A stretch of 64,000 nt of DNA. It comes from Heterodontus francisci. Taxonomy: Eukaryota. Positions 23,845 through 36,900 of this stretch are shown piece by piece. Numbering within the stretch: the first letter of the stretch is position 1; each line of letters opens with the position of its first letter. The stretch covers positions 37,954,437-38,018,436 of the forward strand of contig NC_090409.1 in NCBI RefSeq assembly GCF_036365525.1, written 5' to 3'. The notes under the pieces are model-generated. The model worked only from the letters and a program-made list of their open reading frames with translations, made no database searches and was not told the origin of the DNA. The position numbers were made by a program, and so were the translations under genes.

Positions 23845-24965
23845 CTAAATCTTCGCAGACATCCCCACAATGACAGAACAAGTGTGAGCTTTCAGCTGAT
23901 AGATATATGAAAATCTCTCTCCACATTCAGTACATTTATACGGCCTCTCTCCGTTGTGGATCCGCTGGTGTCTCCGGAGGTGGTCTGACACTGTGAAACC
24001 CATTCCACATTCAGTACATTCATATGGCCTCTCTCCGGTGTGGATCCGCTGGTGTTTATGGAGGTGCCATGAAACTCTGAAACTCTTTCCGCATTCAATA
24101 CATTTATATGGTCTCTCTCCTGTGTGGATCCGCTGGTGTACATGGAGGTGCCCTGACGCTGTGAAGCTCTTCCCACATTCAGTACATTTATATGGTCTCT
24201 CTCCTGTGTGGATCCGCTGGTGTATATGGAGGTGCCCTGACACTGTGAAACTCTTCCCACATTCAGTACATTTATACGGCCTCTCTCCTGTATGGATCCG
24301 CTGATGTATATGGAGGCTCCCTGACACTGTAAAACTCTTTCCACATTCAGTACATTTATACGGCCTCTCTCCTGTGTGGATCCGCTGGTGGTTCTTGAGG
24401 CTCCTTAACACAGAGAAACACTTTCCACATTCAGTACATTTATATGGCCTCTCTCCTGTGTGGATCTGCTGGTGGTTCTTGAGGCTCCTTAACACAGAGA
24501 AACATTTTCCACATTCAGTACATTTATGTGGCGTCTCTCCTGTGTGGATCCACTTGTAGTTATGGAAGTTCTCTGTCTGTGTGAAACTCTTTCCACATTC
24601 AGTACATTTATATGGCCTCTCTCCTGTGTGGATCCACTTGTAGTTATGGAAGTTCTCTGTCTGTGTGAAATTCTTTGCACATTCAGTACATTTATACTGC
24701 CTCTCTCCCATGTGGATGTGCTGCCGTAGGTGATGATTACCTGATTTTATAAATTTCCTCTCCTGGACAGATTGTGTGAACGAACCCTGCTCATTTTTAT
24801 GTTGCAAAACATTTTTTTTCCTGGAAGGAAAAGATTGTCCTGCTGAAATTTGTCTACAGGATTCAGGATGTCTTCTGATGTGCTTCTGAAGAAAATCTGA
24901 AGTGGTAAATGCAACATTGCAATAAGGGCAAGGATGACACTCATCTCGACGCACCTGTTGCCTTG
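23845..24965 (-). CDS. PRDM9: PRDM9 last exon: post-SET finger + 10-unit C2H2 zinc-finger array
   Basis: ctccag|CA AGG CAA CAG GTG...; 84-bp repeats of CTECGKxF.....[13 protein letters not shown]; AATAAA (minus strand) at 23351-23356. Confidence 0.95.
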
Positions 24966-27900
24966 CTGGAGAAAGAAGAAGGAAAATTGTCAGTGAAATG
25001 AAGCATTGAGAAATTTCTTTAGGAAGTACAATTTGTGGTTATTTCCAGGGCTCTTAGGATGTTAATTTTGTGCATTGATATCTTCCTCTTGTAAAAGAAT
25101 TGCAATATCATCAATAGGGCATTGCATATTTAAAGAATGCTATCACCAAATGTTTCAAGGTTCACGCATTCAGTCTCTGAACTCCTCCAAGGAACAATGG
25201 ACATATCAATACCCTTTCAGGAATTGTTACAAACCAGTGTAAAAATCAGCTTTGTTAAAACAGGGAAGAGGAAATTAAACAGCAAGTGTTAAATAAAAGA
25301 GTTGGGGAAATGTCTGGGAGTTACCAGTGACCTTGGCAGTGCAATGAGGTTCATTATTTCTTCAAAAATGCTCAGTTATTCAACTTGAGCTACTCCAAGT
25401 AAGTTTTCTAATAACATGAAGATACACAAAGTCATATAAAAAGTTTATAAAGTCTATACAAAGTTTATAAAAGCCATAAAAATGGATGTGGAGTGGGGGT
25501 CAATGTCTCAGCGTGGGTGGGGCTGGAACCCTGTTTCAATGGAGGTGTAGGGTTGGGGGGCAATGTCTCAGTGTGGGTGGAGCTGGAACCCTGTTTCAAT
25601 GGAGGTGTAGGGTTGTGGGGACAATGTCTCAGTGTGGGTTGGGCTGGAACCCTGTTTCAATGGAGGTATGGGGGCAAATGTGTTTTTGTCCTTTGTGACC
25701 CTAAGTACGATAACCTCTGTCAGCCTTGGCTCAGTAGTTAGCATTCTCACCTCCGAGGCTGTGGTTTCATGTCCCAATCTAGAGAGTTCTGTATGTGACC
25801 CAGGCTGACACTGCAGTGCTGTACCGAGGAGATGCTGCACTGTCAGAGGTGTCCTCTTTCAAACTGTGCTAAACTGTGTCCTTGTCTGCTTGCTATGATG
25901 GACAACAACAATCGCATAGCATAACAGTAAGAAGCGAAAGAGGATTCCCTGGTGTATTGGAAAACATTTATCCACCATCCAACACCACCAATTATCAGAC
26001 TAATTATCTCTTTGCTGTTGTTGGAACTTGCTGTGTGCAATCTGTGCTGTCCTATTTGCCTACGTATATCAGTGATTGCACTTCGAAATGTAATTCATTG
26101 GCTGTAAAGAGCTGTGGAACGCCACCAACACATCAAAAGCACATATAAGACTGCTGTTCTTTCTTCACCTGAAAAGGATTATTTTTAAGGGAGCTCTTCA
26201 GTTCCTATTCTCCTGTGGGTACAACCTTTATCTCAGAGACAACAGTGCTACCAAGCAAAGATAATTGATACACCAAAGAGTCACTGTAGCAGGATCAGGA
26301 AAGGGAACAGTTGCTGAATTCACCCTTTCCCCAGTCCAAGAGTACAAAGGGCAAATGAAACGCCTCACCTACTGTCCAGATAGGGATACTGTGACCCATT
26401 GAATCACATACAAAGCTTAGCTGCATCTCAAGCTTTCATCTGCTCTCTATACCCTATCACAACACAGAAGTCACACAATCAATTTATCACACAATCATAC
26501 AGCACAGGAGAAGGCTGTGCCAGCTCTTTGAAGAGCTTTCCTATCGCTACCACTCCTCCCCATAGCCCTACAATTTGTTTCTTTTTCAAGTAAATATCCA
26601 TCTTCAAAGTTATTATTGAAGCTGCTTCCACCACCCTTTCAGGCAGTGCACTGCACATCATAACAACTCACTGCCTGAAAAGATTTCTCCTCACCTCCCC
26701 TGACACTTTTGTCAATGATCTGTGTCTTCTGGATAACAAACCTCCTACCAGTGGAAAGAGTTTCTCCCTATCTGCTCTAACAAAATACTGCATAATTTTG
26801 ACACCTTTATTAAATCTCTCCTTAACCTTGGTGATACTAAAGAGAACAATCCCAGCTTCTTTAGACTCTATACACAACTGAAGTCCCTGTTATCATTCTG
26901 GTAAATCTCCTCGGCACGCTCTTCATGGCCTTGACGTCCTTTCTAACATGTGGTGTCCAGAACAGGACACAATACTCCAGCTGAGGCCTAAATAGTGTTT
27001 TACAAAATTTTACCATGACTTTCTTGTTTATGGAATCTATGCCTCTATTTTATGAAATCCAGGGTCCTTTATTAATTATTAAAAGCCTTATCAGCTTGCG
27101 CTGCCACCTTCAAAGATCTGAGTATATGAATCTCCAGGTCTCTGTTCTTACACCTGCTTTAAAATTAATTTACATTGCCTCTCCTCACACTTCTCTGCAT
27201 TAAATTACAGGCACTGTGTCTTCCCATTGCACCAGTCTATCTAAGTCTTCCTGACGTCTTCTACTCTGCTCTTCACTATTTACCACATTTCAATCCTTGT
27301 GTCAGCTACAAACATAGAAATGATGTTCCCTATACTCAAGTCCCAGTCAATAATATATATCAAAAAGAGCCGGGGTCCATTACTGACTGATGGGGGGGAT
27401 ACCTCTCTGCACTTACCCACCCACCACCCCCTGCTCAAAAAAATCTTATAAACAATCATTCCATTCAGCACTACTCTCTCCTTTCTGTCTCTTAACCAAT
27501 TTCGTGTCCATGCTACTACTGCCCTTTTAACCCCTGGACTTCAATTCTGCTAACAAGTCCATTATGTGACACTTTATCAGTCACCATAGATATTGTAACA
27601 GAAAACAAATGATTATTTCGCTAAAGTTCCCAATTTTGGTCAGAATCCTTACATTTTGGTTCTTGTTTTACCATCCACATTGCAGTCCATTTGATTCCAA
27701 GTTCCTTGGCATATTCATCACCATACCAGACCAGCAGCTCACACCGAGGAGGAACAGGCTTGCAGGTCCTGTAATAAATTTTGCCGCAGTGCTGAAAAGC
27801 TACAAGGTTCTGCTCCTCCTCCTTTCTGGCACAGTTAACAAATCTGGAACATAATGAGTAAATACTGAAGTGGCCAAATCTCAGTTTTAGTTGTTGTATG

Positions 27901-30900
27901 AATGCAGAATGAGAAACATAATAGTATAGTGTGTTAGAATGACAGGACTTGTCTCCAGAAATTGCCAAGTTTCAACTTTAAACACGCTGTCAGAAGGGAA
28001 CACTCAGTGGAGACCACTCACTTCAGTGTAGACACAAAAGATAATCGCCTTGACATTTCCAGGAAGGTGGAGAGGGCTTGTTGCCGAGGGGCAGAGTTGC
28101 CTGGAAATATGGGTTTCCCCTTTTCCAAGCTGTGCTGCTGATGCACCTGCTCTTCAAGAATACCAAGAATACGCTCACATCTTTGCAGCAAACCTTATGT
28201 CAGGCACCAAATCAACACATGTCAAGGAATAAGGGTACCCTGGAGGGATGTTTCCTTGGAACCCATCACTCTGCACAACACCCGTCATCTCCCAAAAAAG
28301 TCTTTCTGAACTATGTGCATGTTGCAATTGAAAGACTCTTGGGCCTCTGCTTTGCAAAACTAGACATGAGATGTGCACAGTAGTAGATCTAGGCTGTTTC
28401 TTTACAGATTGAGAGAAGGGGTCTGGCTGTTGAGTAGGAAATCCTGTGGCATCATGCTGTAGGCGAAGAGTGTAGAGGAGGGAGGGAGAGATTGTGAGCC
28501 GGGGTATTCGGTCCAGTTAGTCCGCAGAGACATGAATGGGTGAAGGGTGATCATTCAGGTCTGGGAGATTGGTTGGGAACCAGGCGCTCAAATTCCGACA
28601 ATATTATATCAGTCTTCCCTTACCTCATCCAATTTGATGTAGATTCATCCTTTGCATCAATGTATTCAAAATCCTTGTTGGCTTTACTGATCTGCAGAAA
28701 GGTATTTTGGTAAAAAGGACTGGATTAATAAAATTTTTTAACAATTAACGTTATCGCCCACTCAAGGACAGAGAAGGGAATCTATGAGTGGAGCCAGAGG
28801 AAATGGGCGAGGTGCTAAATGAGAACTTTGCATCAGTATTCACCAAAGAGAAGGACTTGGTGGATGATGAGCCTAGGGAAGGGAGTGTACATAGTCTCAG
28901 TCATCTCATTATCAAAAAGGAGGAGGTGTTGGGTGTCTTGCAAAACATTAAGGTAGATAAGTCCCCAGGGCCTGATGGGATCTACCCTAGAATACTGAGG
29001 GAGGCAAGGGAAGAAATTGCTGGGGCCTTGACAGAAATCTTTGCATCCTCATTGGCTACAGGTGAGGTCCCAGAGGACTGGAGAATAGCCAATGTTGTTC
29101 CTTTGTTTAAGAAGGATAGCAAGGATAATCCAGGAAATTATAGGCCGATGAGCCTTACATCAGTGGTAGGGAAACTATTAGAGAGGATTCTTCGGGACAG
29201 GATTTACTCCTATTTGGAAACAAACGAACTTATTAGCGAGAGACAGCATGATTTTGTGAAGGGGAGGTCGTGTCTCACTAATTTGATTGAGTTTTTTGAG
29301 GAAGTGACAAAGATGATTGATGAAGGAAGGATAGTGGATGTTATCTATATAGACTTCAGTAAAGCCTTTGACAAGGTCGCTCATGGCAGACTGGTACAAA
29401 AGGTGAAGTCACACGGGATCAGAGGTGAGCTGGCAAGATGGATACAGAACTGGCTCGGTCATAGAAGACAGAGGGTAGCAGTGGAAGGGTGCTTTTCTGA
29501 ATGGAGAGATGTGACTAGTGGTATTCCGCAGGGATCAGTGCTGGGACCTTTGCTCTTTGTAGTATATATAAATGATTTGGAGGAAAATGTAGCTGGTATG
29601 ATTAGTAAGTTTGCGGAGGTTGGTGGAGTTGCGGATAGTGATGAGGATTGTCAGAGGATACAGCAGGATATAGATCGGTTGGAGACTTGGGCGGAGAAAT
29701 GGCAGATGGAGTTTAATCCGGACAAATGTGAGGTAATGCATTTTGGAAGGTCTAATGCAGGTGGGAAGTATACAGTAAATGGCAGAACCCTTAGGAGTAC
29801 TGGCAGGCTGAGAGATCTGGGCGTACAGGTCCACAGGTCACTGAAAGTGGCAACGCAGGTGGATAAGGTAGTCAAGAAGGCATACGGCATGCTTGCCTTC
29901 ATCGGTCGGGGCATAGAGTATAAAAATTGGCAAGTCATGCTGCAGCTGTACAGAACTTTAGTTAGGCCACATTTAGAATATTGCGTGCAATTCTGGTCGC
30001 CACACTACCAGAAGGACATGGAGGCTTTGGAGAGGGTACAGAAGAGGTTTACCAGCATGTTGCCTGGTCTGGAGGGCATTAGCTATGAGGAGAGGTTGGA
30101 TAAACTCGGATTGTTTTCATTGGAACGACGGAGGTAGAGGGGCGACATGATAAAGGTTTACAAAGTTATGAGCGGCACGGACAGAGTGGATAGTCAGAAG
30201 CTTTTTCCCAGGGTGGAACAGTCAGTTACTAGGGGACATAGATTTAAGGTGAGAGGGGCAAAGTTTAGAGGGGATGTGCGAGGCAAGTTCTTTACACAGA
30301 GGGTGGTGGGTGCCTGGAACTTGCTGCCGGGGGAGATGGTGGAAGCAGGTACGATGGCGACATTTAAGAGGCATCTTGACAAATACATGAATAGGATGGG
30401 AATAGTGGGATACGGTCCCCGGAAGTGCAGAAGGTTTTAGTTTAGGCAAGCATCAAGTTTAGGCAAGGGCCGAATGGCCTGTTCCTGTGCTGTACTGTTC
30501 TTCTTTCTTTCTTTATCTTAGCCAGTGATCGAGCTTAACACAAATTGTAAGTGTCTAGTGCAGTGGGCTCCTACTTATTTTTAGTAAAAACTAACCATCC
30601 CCTTACGTGCTTTCTGTGGTTATACCTTTGCATCAGAGTGCCCAGATCAACTAATTGGCTAGAACTGAGATGATGTGGCATAGGAACTACAAAAATAGAA
30701 TAATGGTGCTGAACAGTTTCCGGAAAGCTCCTGAATCAAGTCAAAATGGCCATGCTCCCTGCCATGTTCTGATCTTTTCCACATATTCCAACCATCAGAA
30801 GCCTGCTTTGTTCTAAAAACACTCAATGTACCGATCCGCCAACTACAGACCCCTGATAGCCTCAACTCAGCCAAAGGCCAAAATATCCTGATCCCCAAAC

Positions 30901-33900
30901 AATCTACAATTCCGAATGCGTGCGAAGCCACTATCAACAACCTTAAATATTGTGAGCAGGGAAGAGATAGAGAACAGGGATGGGAGAGAGGGAGAAAGAA
31001 GAGGAATGAGAGGGAGAATAGAAGAGTAAAGGGGACAGATAGATCAATGTCTGGCTCACCTGCTGGATGGAAGGAATTCTATTGAGGAATTTTGCCAGAG
31101 GTTCTGTCTGCCAATGCTGCCCCTGGTGGGAGCAGGGGATTGGCAGAGTTTTAATATAAAGTTGAGGGTTTGGCGTGTCTGATTTAGACTCATAGAGTCA
31201 TAGAGTTATACAGCAAAGAAACAGGCCCTTCGGCCCATCGTGTCTGTGCCAGACATCAAGCACCTAACCATTCTCATCCCATTTTCCAGCACTTGGCCCG
31301 TAGCCTTGAATGCTATGGCGTTTCATGTGCTCATTTAAGTAATTCTTAAATGTTGTGAGGGTTACTGCCTCTACCACCGCTTCAGGCAATGCCTTCCAGA
31401 TTCCAAACACCCTCTGGGAGAAAAAATGTTTCCTCAAATCCCCCTAAACCTCCTGCCCCTTACCTTAAATCTATGCCCCCTGGTTATTGACCACTCTGTT
31501 AAGGGAAAAAGTTTCTTCCTATCTAACCTATCAATGCCCCTCATAATTTTGTATACCTCAGTCAGGTCCCCACTCGGCCTTCTCTGCTCGAAGGAAAACA
31601 ACCCTAGCCTTTTCAGTCTGTCTTCATAGCTGAACTGCTCCAGCCCAGGCAACATCCTGATAAATCTCTTCTGCTCCCTCTCCAGTGTCATCACATCCTA
31701 CAGTGTAGTGCCCAGAAATGTATACAGTACTCCAGCTGTGGCCTAACTAGCGTTTTATACAGCTCCATCATAACCTCCCTGCTCTTATATTCTATGCCTC
31801 AGCTAATGAAAGCAAGTATCCCATATGCCTTCCTAACCACCTTATCTACCTGTGCTGCTGCCTTCAGTGATCTATGGACAAGTACACCAAGGTCCCTCTG
31901 ACCCTCTGTACTTCCTAGGGCCCTACCATCCATTGTATATTCCCTTGCCTTGTTAGTCCTCCCAAAATGCATCACCTCACACATCTCAGGATTAAATTCC
32001 ATTTGCCTCTGCTCCATCCATCTTACCAGCCCATCTATATGGTCCTGTAATCTAAGGCTTTCCTCCTCACTATTAATGGCACCACCAATTTTTGTGCGAA
32101 TTTACTGATCATACCTCCTATCTTTGGCCTCCTTATCTCGAGAGACAATGGATAAGCACCTGGAGGTGGTCAGTGATGTGTGGAGCAGCGCTTGGAGTGG
32201 CTATAAAGGCCAATTCTAGAGTGACAGGCTCTTCCACAGGTGCTGCAGAAAAATTTGTTTGTCGGGGCTGTTACACAGTTGGCTCTCCCCTTGCGCTTCT
32301 GTCTTTTTTCCTGCCAACTGCTAAGTCTTTTCGACTCGCCACACTTTAGCTCCGCCTTTATGGCTGTCCGCCAGCTCTGGCGAACGCTGGCAACTGACTC
32401 CCACGACTTGTGATCAATGTCACAGGACTTCATGTCGCGTTTGCAGACGTCTTTAAAGTGGAGACATGGACGGCCAGTGGGTCGGATACCAGTGGCGAGC
32501 TCGCTGTACAATGTGTCTTTGGGGATCCTGCCATCTTCCATGCCGCTCACATGGCCAAGCCATCTCAAGCGCTGCTGACTCAGTAGTGTGTATAAGCTGG
32601 GAATGTTGGCTGTCTCGAGGACTTCTGTGTTGGAGATACGGTCCTGCCACCTGATGCCAAGTATTCTCCGGAGGCAGCAAAGATGGAATGAATTGAGACA
32701 TCGCTCTTGGCTGACATACGTTGTCCAGGCCTCGCTGCCATAGAGCAAGGTACTTAGGACACAGGCTTGATACACTCGGACTTTTGTGTTCCGTGTCAGT
32801 GCGCCATTTTCCCACACTCTCTTGGCCAGTCTGGACATAGCAGTGGAAGCCTTTCCCATGCGCTTGTTGATTTCTGCATCTAGGGACAGGTTACTGGTGA
32901 TAGTTAAGCCTAGGTAGGTGAACTCTTGAACCACTTCCAGAGCGTGGTCGCCAATATTGATGGATGGAGCATTTCTGACGTCAGAAATGCTCCATACCTC
33001 CTATATTTAGGTCTAAATCATTAATGAACACTACAAACAGCAAGGGTCCCAGTACCAATCCCTGCGGTACACCACTGGTCACAGGATTCCACTCACAAAA
33101 ACAACCCTCGACCATCACCCTCTGCCTCCTGCCACTAAGCCAATTTTGGATCCAATTTGCCAAATTGCCCTGGGTCCCATGGACTCTTACCTTCTTAACC
33201 AATCTCCTATGCAGGACCTTATCAAAAACCTTACTGAAGTCCATGTAGACTACATCAACTGCTTTACCCTCATCTACACATCTAGTCACTGCCTCGAAAA
33301 ATTCATCAAGTTAGTTAGACACCATCTCCCCCTGACAAAGCCATACTGACGATCCCTGATTAATCCGTGCCTCTCCAAGTGGAGATTAATCCTGTCCCTC
33401 AGAATTTTTTCCAATAGTTTCCCTACCACTCAGAAGAGGGAGAGGAGTTTTGTCTGTGTGAAGTGTGTGATTTTTCTCTCAACACTGACGCTATCAGCTT
33501 TGGGGAAGGAATTGTTAACTTGGATATATCTTTGGTCTGGGGGCGGTGCAGGGAGTGGTGGGGAGTTGGTGGCATGATTTTGAAATTATTTCTTCTGTCA
33601 TGACATTTGGTGGATTCTAGTCTGATAGAAGCTTGTTTGCTTTCTTGCTTCCTGTTGGTGATAATTCATGTTCGAGTAGTTCCATCGCTGCCGCCCAGAC
33701 CTACAATGAACACACTGAGGAATCCATTCTTCACTTGTGAACAATTCTGTCAGTTGGCAAGTTAGTTGAATACAAGAGGCATTACAGCGAAGCCTGATTC
33801 TGTCTTCAATGCTGTCTATTTACAGATAGGATTCACTGAGTAGCAACCAGGAATAGAAATGTTAAATAACTTTAAACTGTTACATTCAAATAAGTCCTGA

Positions 33901-36900
33901 CTTTTTAAAAAACAAATAACAAACTTGATAACTATGGTTGTCACTTACCACCCACGAATACCCACTGACAGCAGCAGCTTCTTCATTTGATGTTACTCCT
34001 TCATAGGGTCCAAAGTGAACACCTTTGGGAATAACCTTCCCTTCATTCCATACACCAAGACCAGCTTTTCGAATTTTTGAAGTCGCAATGCTGAGACCCT
34101 CTGGAAGGGTCAAACGTGCTCTGTCTGGTCGACTGAATTCGATAACCGTGTCCTCTATGAACACCGGAGGACCATGTACAGGGCATTCTTCAATAAAAAA
34201 TGTCTTGCAGTCTTCACAAACTATCACATAAGATATAAAACGAAAGATGGATCAGTGTCTCAGTTCACTCTACAGCTTTCAGGACTCAACACTGAATTCA
34301 ACACTTTCAGACCGTAAGCCATGCCCCCATTTTGACTCCTTTCCTTTGCATATATCAGCTTTAATCTTATTTTTCTTTTTTATTCTTGTTTTTTCTTCAA
34401 GATGGCAGCTGTCAATTACCCTGCCATTCACACCTCCTCTGCACACATTTTTTGTTTCTTTATTTGTCCCATTACCCTTTGGCTTGCTCTTTTGTCATTT
34501 AATGTCTCCCATCTTCCACCAGATCACAAACCTTCCCTTCTGTTCATTTTCCACCTTCCACCTTTTGACCTACTTAAAACCTATTAGATTTCTGACTTTT
34601 ACCAGTTCTGATGAAGGATCATTGACCTGAAAAGTTAACTCTTTTTCTCTCTCCACAAATGCTGCCAGACCCGCTGTGTATTTCCAACATTGTCTGTTTT
34701 TATTTCAGTTCATTATTCGGTGTTCATGAAGGTGAAGGAGGCTAGTACTGAGAAAGGATAGATTATCTGTCATAGATTTGATCTCCCCCATCGTTTGATT
34801 GCAATTCAGTCTGCACATACAAGTAGAATGTGATCTACTGTGATCTATCAGCTGCAGAAAACACCTGGGGCACCTTCCCTTTACGAAAATTACATCCAGT
34901 GCCAATCAGGCCTTCCCCTACTCTGTTATATACAAGGGTTTGTTCTGGGCGACATGTTCAGTTCTTTACACCAAGAAGGTAACACTGACCTCAAGGAACA
35001 GCAGCAATGCAAAAACTGGCAACAGTATCTCAAAGGCATGCTAAGATTATGAGTGGACAGCAAGAGAATTACTGTCCATGGAGGCTGAATTTCAAAGAAG
35101 CGTTAAGATCATACATGTAATAGACAATCGGACATTACTTCCTATAGGTTATACCTTCCTCATTATTTGAATGAAGTTATATTAATATAATGAAATATAG
35201 ATTAATGATCTACACCTTGGCATATAGGGCACAATCTCAAAATTTGTAGTTGATATGAAACTTGGAGAATAATGTTAACTTCAAAAGGACATAGATAGGT
35301 TAGTGGAATGGGTAGACAAGTGGCAGATGAAATTTAATGCAGAGAAGTGTGAACTGATTCATTTTGGTAGTAAGAATGCAGAGACAATATAAAATAAAAG
35401 GTTAAATTCGAAAGTGGGTGCAAGAACAGAGGGACCTAGGTGTATCTGTGCATAAGACATGATGGTGGAAGGACAGGTTGATAGAGTGGTTAATAAAGCA
35501 TAAAGCATCCGAAGCTTCATTATTAGGGGCATAGCGTACAAAAACACGGAAGTTCTGTTTAACATGTCTCAAACACTGGTTTGGCCTCAACTGAAGTATT
35601 GTTTGCCACAATTTAGGAAAGATGAGAAGGCATTAGAGACAGTGCAGGGAAAATTCACGAGAATGGTTCCAGGGATGAAGAACTTTAGTTACTGGATAGA
35701 TTGGAGAATACAGTGTCATGCAGGCCCCAACCTGCCAAGAATGAGGCACATTAATTTTGCCACATGGACATTAAATTTCAAATTGTTACTTGGAAAAAGA
35801 GAAAGTCTGTGACAAGGGTTGCCAGGCAACTAGCTGGGAAAACATTTTTTCATATTAACAGACAGTGCTTGTAGACAAAGGATCTATTCCCTGCTCCAAT
35901 TCAATCCACAAACAGACGTGGTCAGACCTGTTAGTCACATGACTAACTGGCTGTTGCAGAGTTTTGAACTGAGAGACTGACAAAAGGCAGAATGCTCCTG
36001 AATTGAAGAAAACCTCCTGTCTGTCTGTCTGCTCCCATCTCTTCCTCATGGAACTCCAAAACCCACGGAAGACACATGAACCCCAAGAGAGAAAGGTCTC
36101 CTGCAATGAACAAGGTTTAAGAAGAATACAGGGCCCCAACAAAAAGCAAGGTCTACCTACAATCAAGGACTCTGCTGTGAGCTCCAAGAACCGTGACAAC
36201 AACTCTTCGGATATTGCCTCAAACTTTTCCACTTTATTTTTCTTCTGCTCTTTTCTGTCTCTATCTGCATGTATCGCGTGTGCATGCTAGTGTGGGCAAG
36301 TCGTGTATCCATAGGCGTTAACTGAATTAGAGTTTAAGTTTAATAACATTTCACTTTTCTTCTTTAAACCTGTGAAAGCCTGTTGTGCTGGTTTCTTTGC
36401 CCTATAATTGGAAAGCGGTGAACAAGGATTCACCAAGGGGGAGCTAAAACACGATGTGGTTAAAAAATAAAACCCTGTTACAGTAAGACCAGGTGAAGGC
36501 TGAAAGGGACCCCTAGACCTCTTTCTCACCTGGTCCTAACATTGGGAATAAAACCAAAAAACGCTTCAAGTTCTGAAGAAAGGTCACTGACCCGAAATGT
36601 TAACGTTGCTTCTCTCTCCACAGATGCTGCCAGACCTGCTGAGTATTTCCAGCACTTATTTGGTTTTATTTCAGATTTCCAGCATCTGCAGTATTTTGCT
36701 TTTATTTTATTATATTGGAGAAGTTAGGACTGTTTTCTTTGGAGAAGATTGAGTGGAGATTTGATAGAGGTATTCAAAATCATGAGGGTTCTGGAGAGAG
36801 AACTGTTGCCACTGGTGGAAGGATCAAGAACAGGAGGACATAGATTTAAGGTAATTGGTAAAAGAAGCAATAGGGACATAAGAAAAAACTTTTTCACGCA

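Noticed and set aside
23892-24729. Alternative-frame and antisense ORFs over the zinc-finger arrays (also 55220-55474)
   Set aside because: These are shadow frames of the 84-bp repeat.
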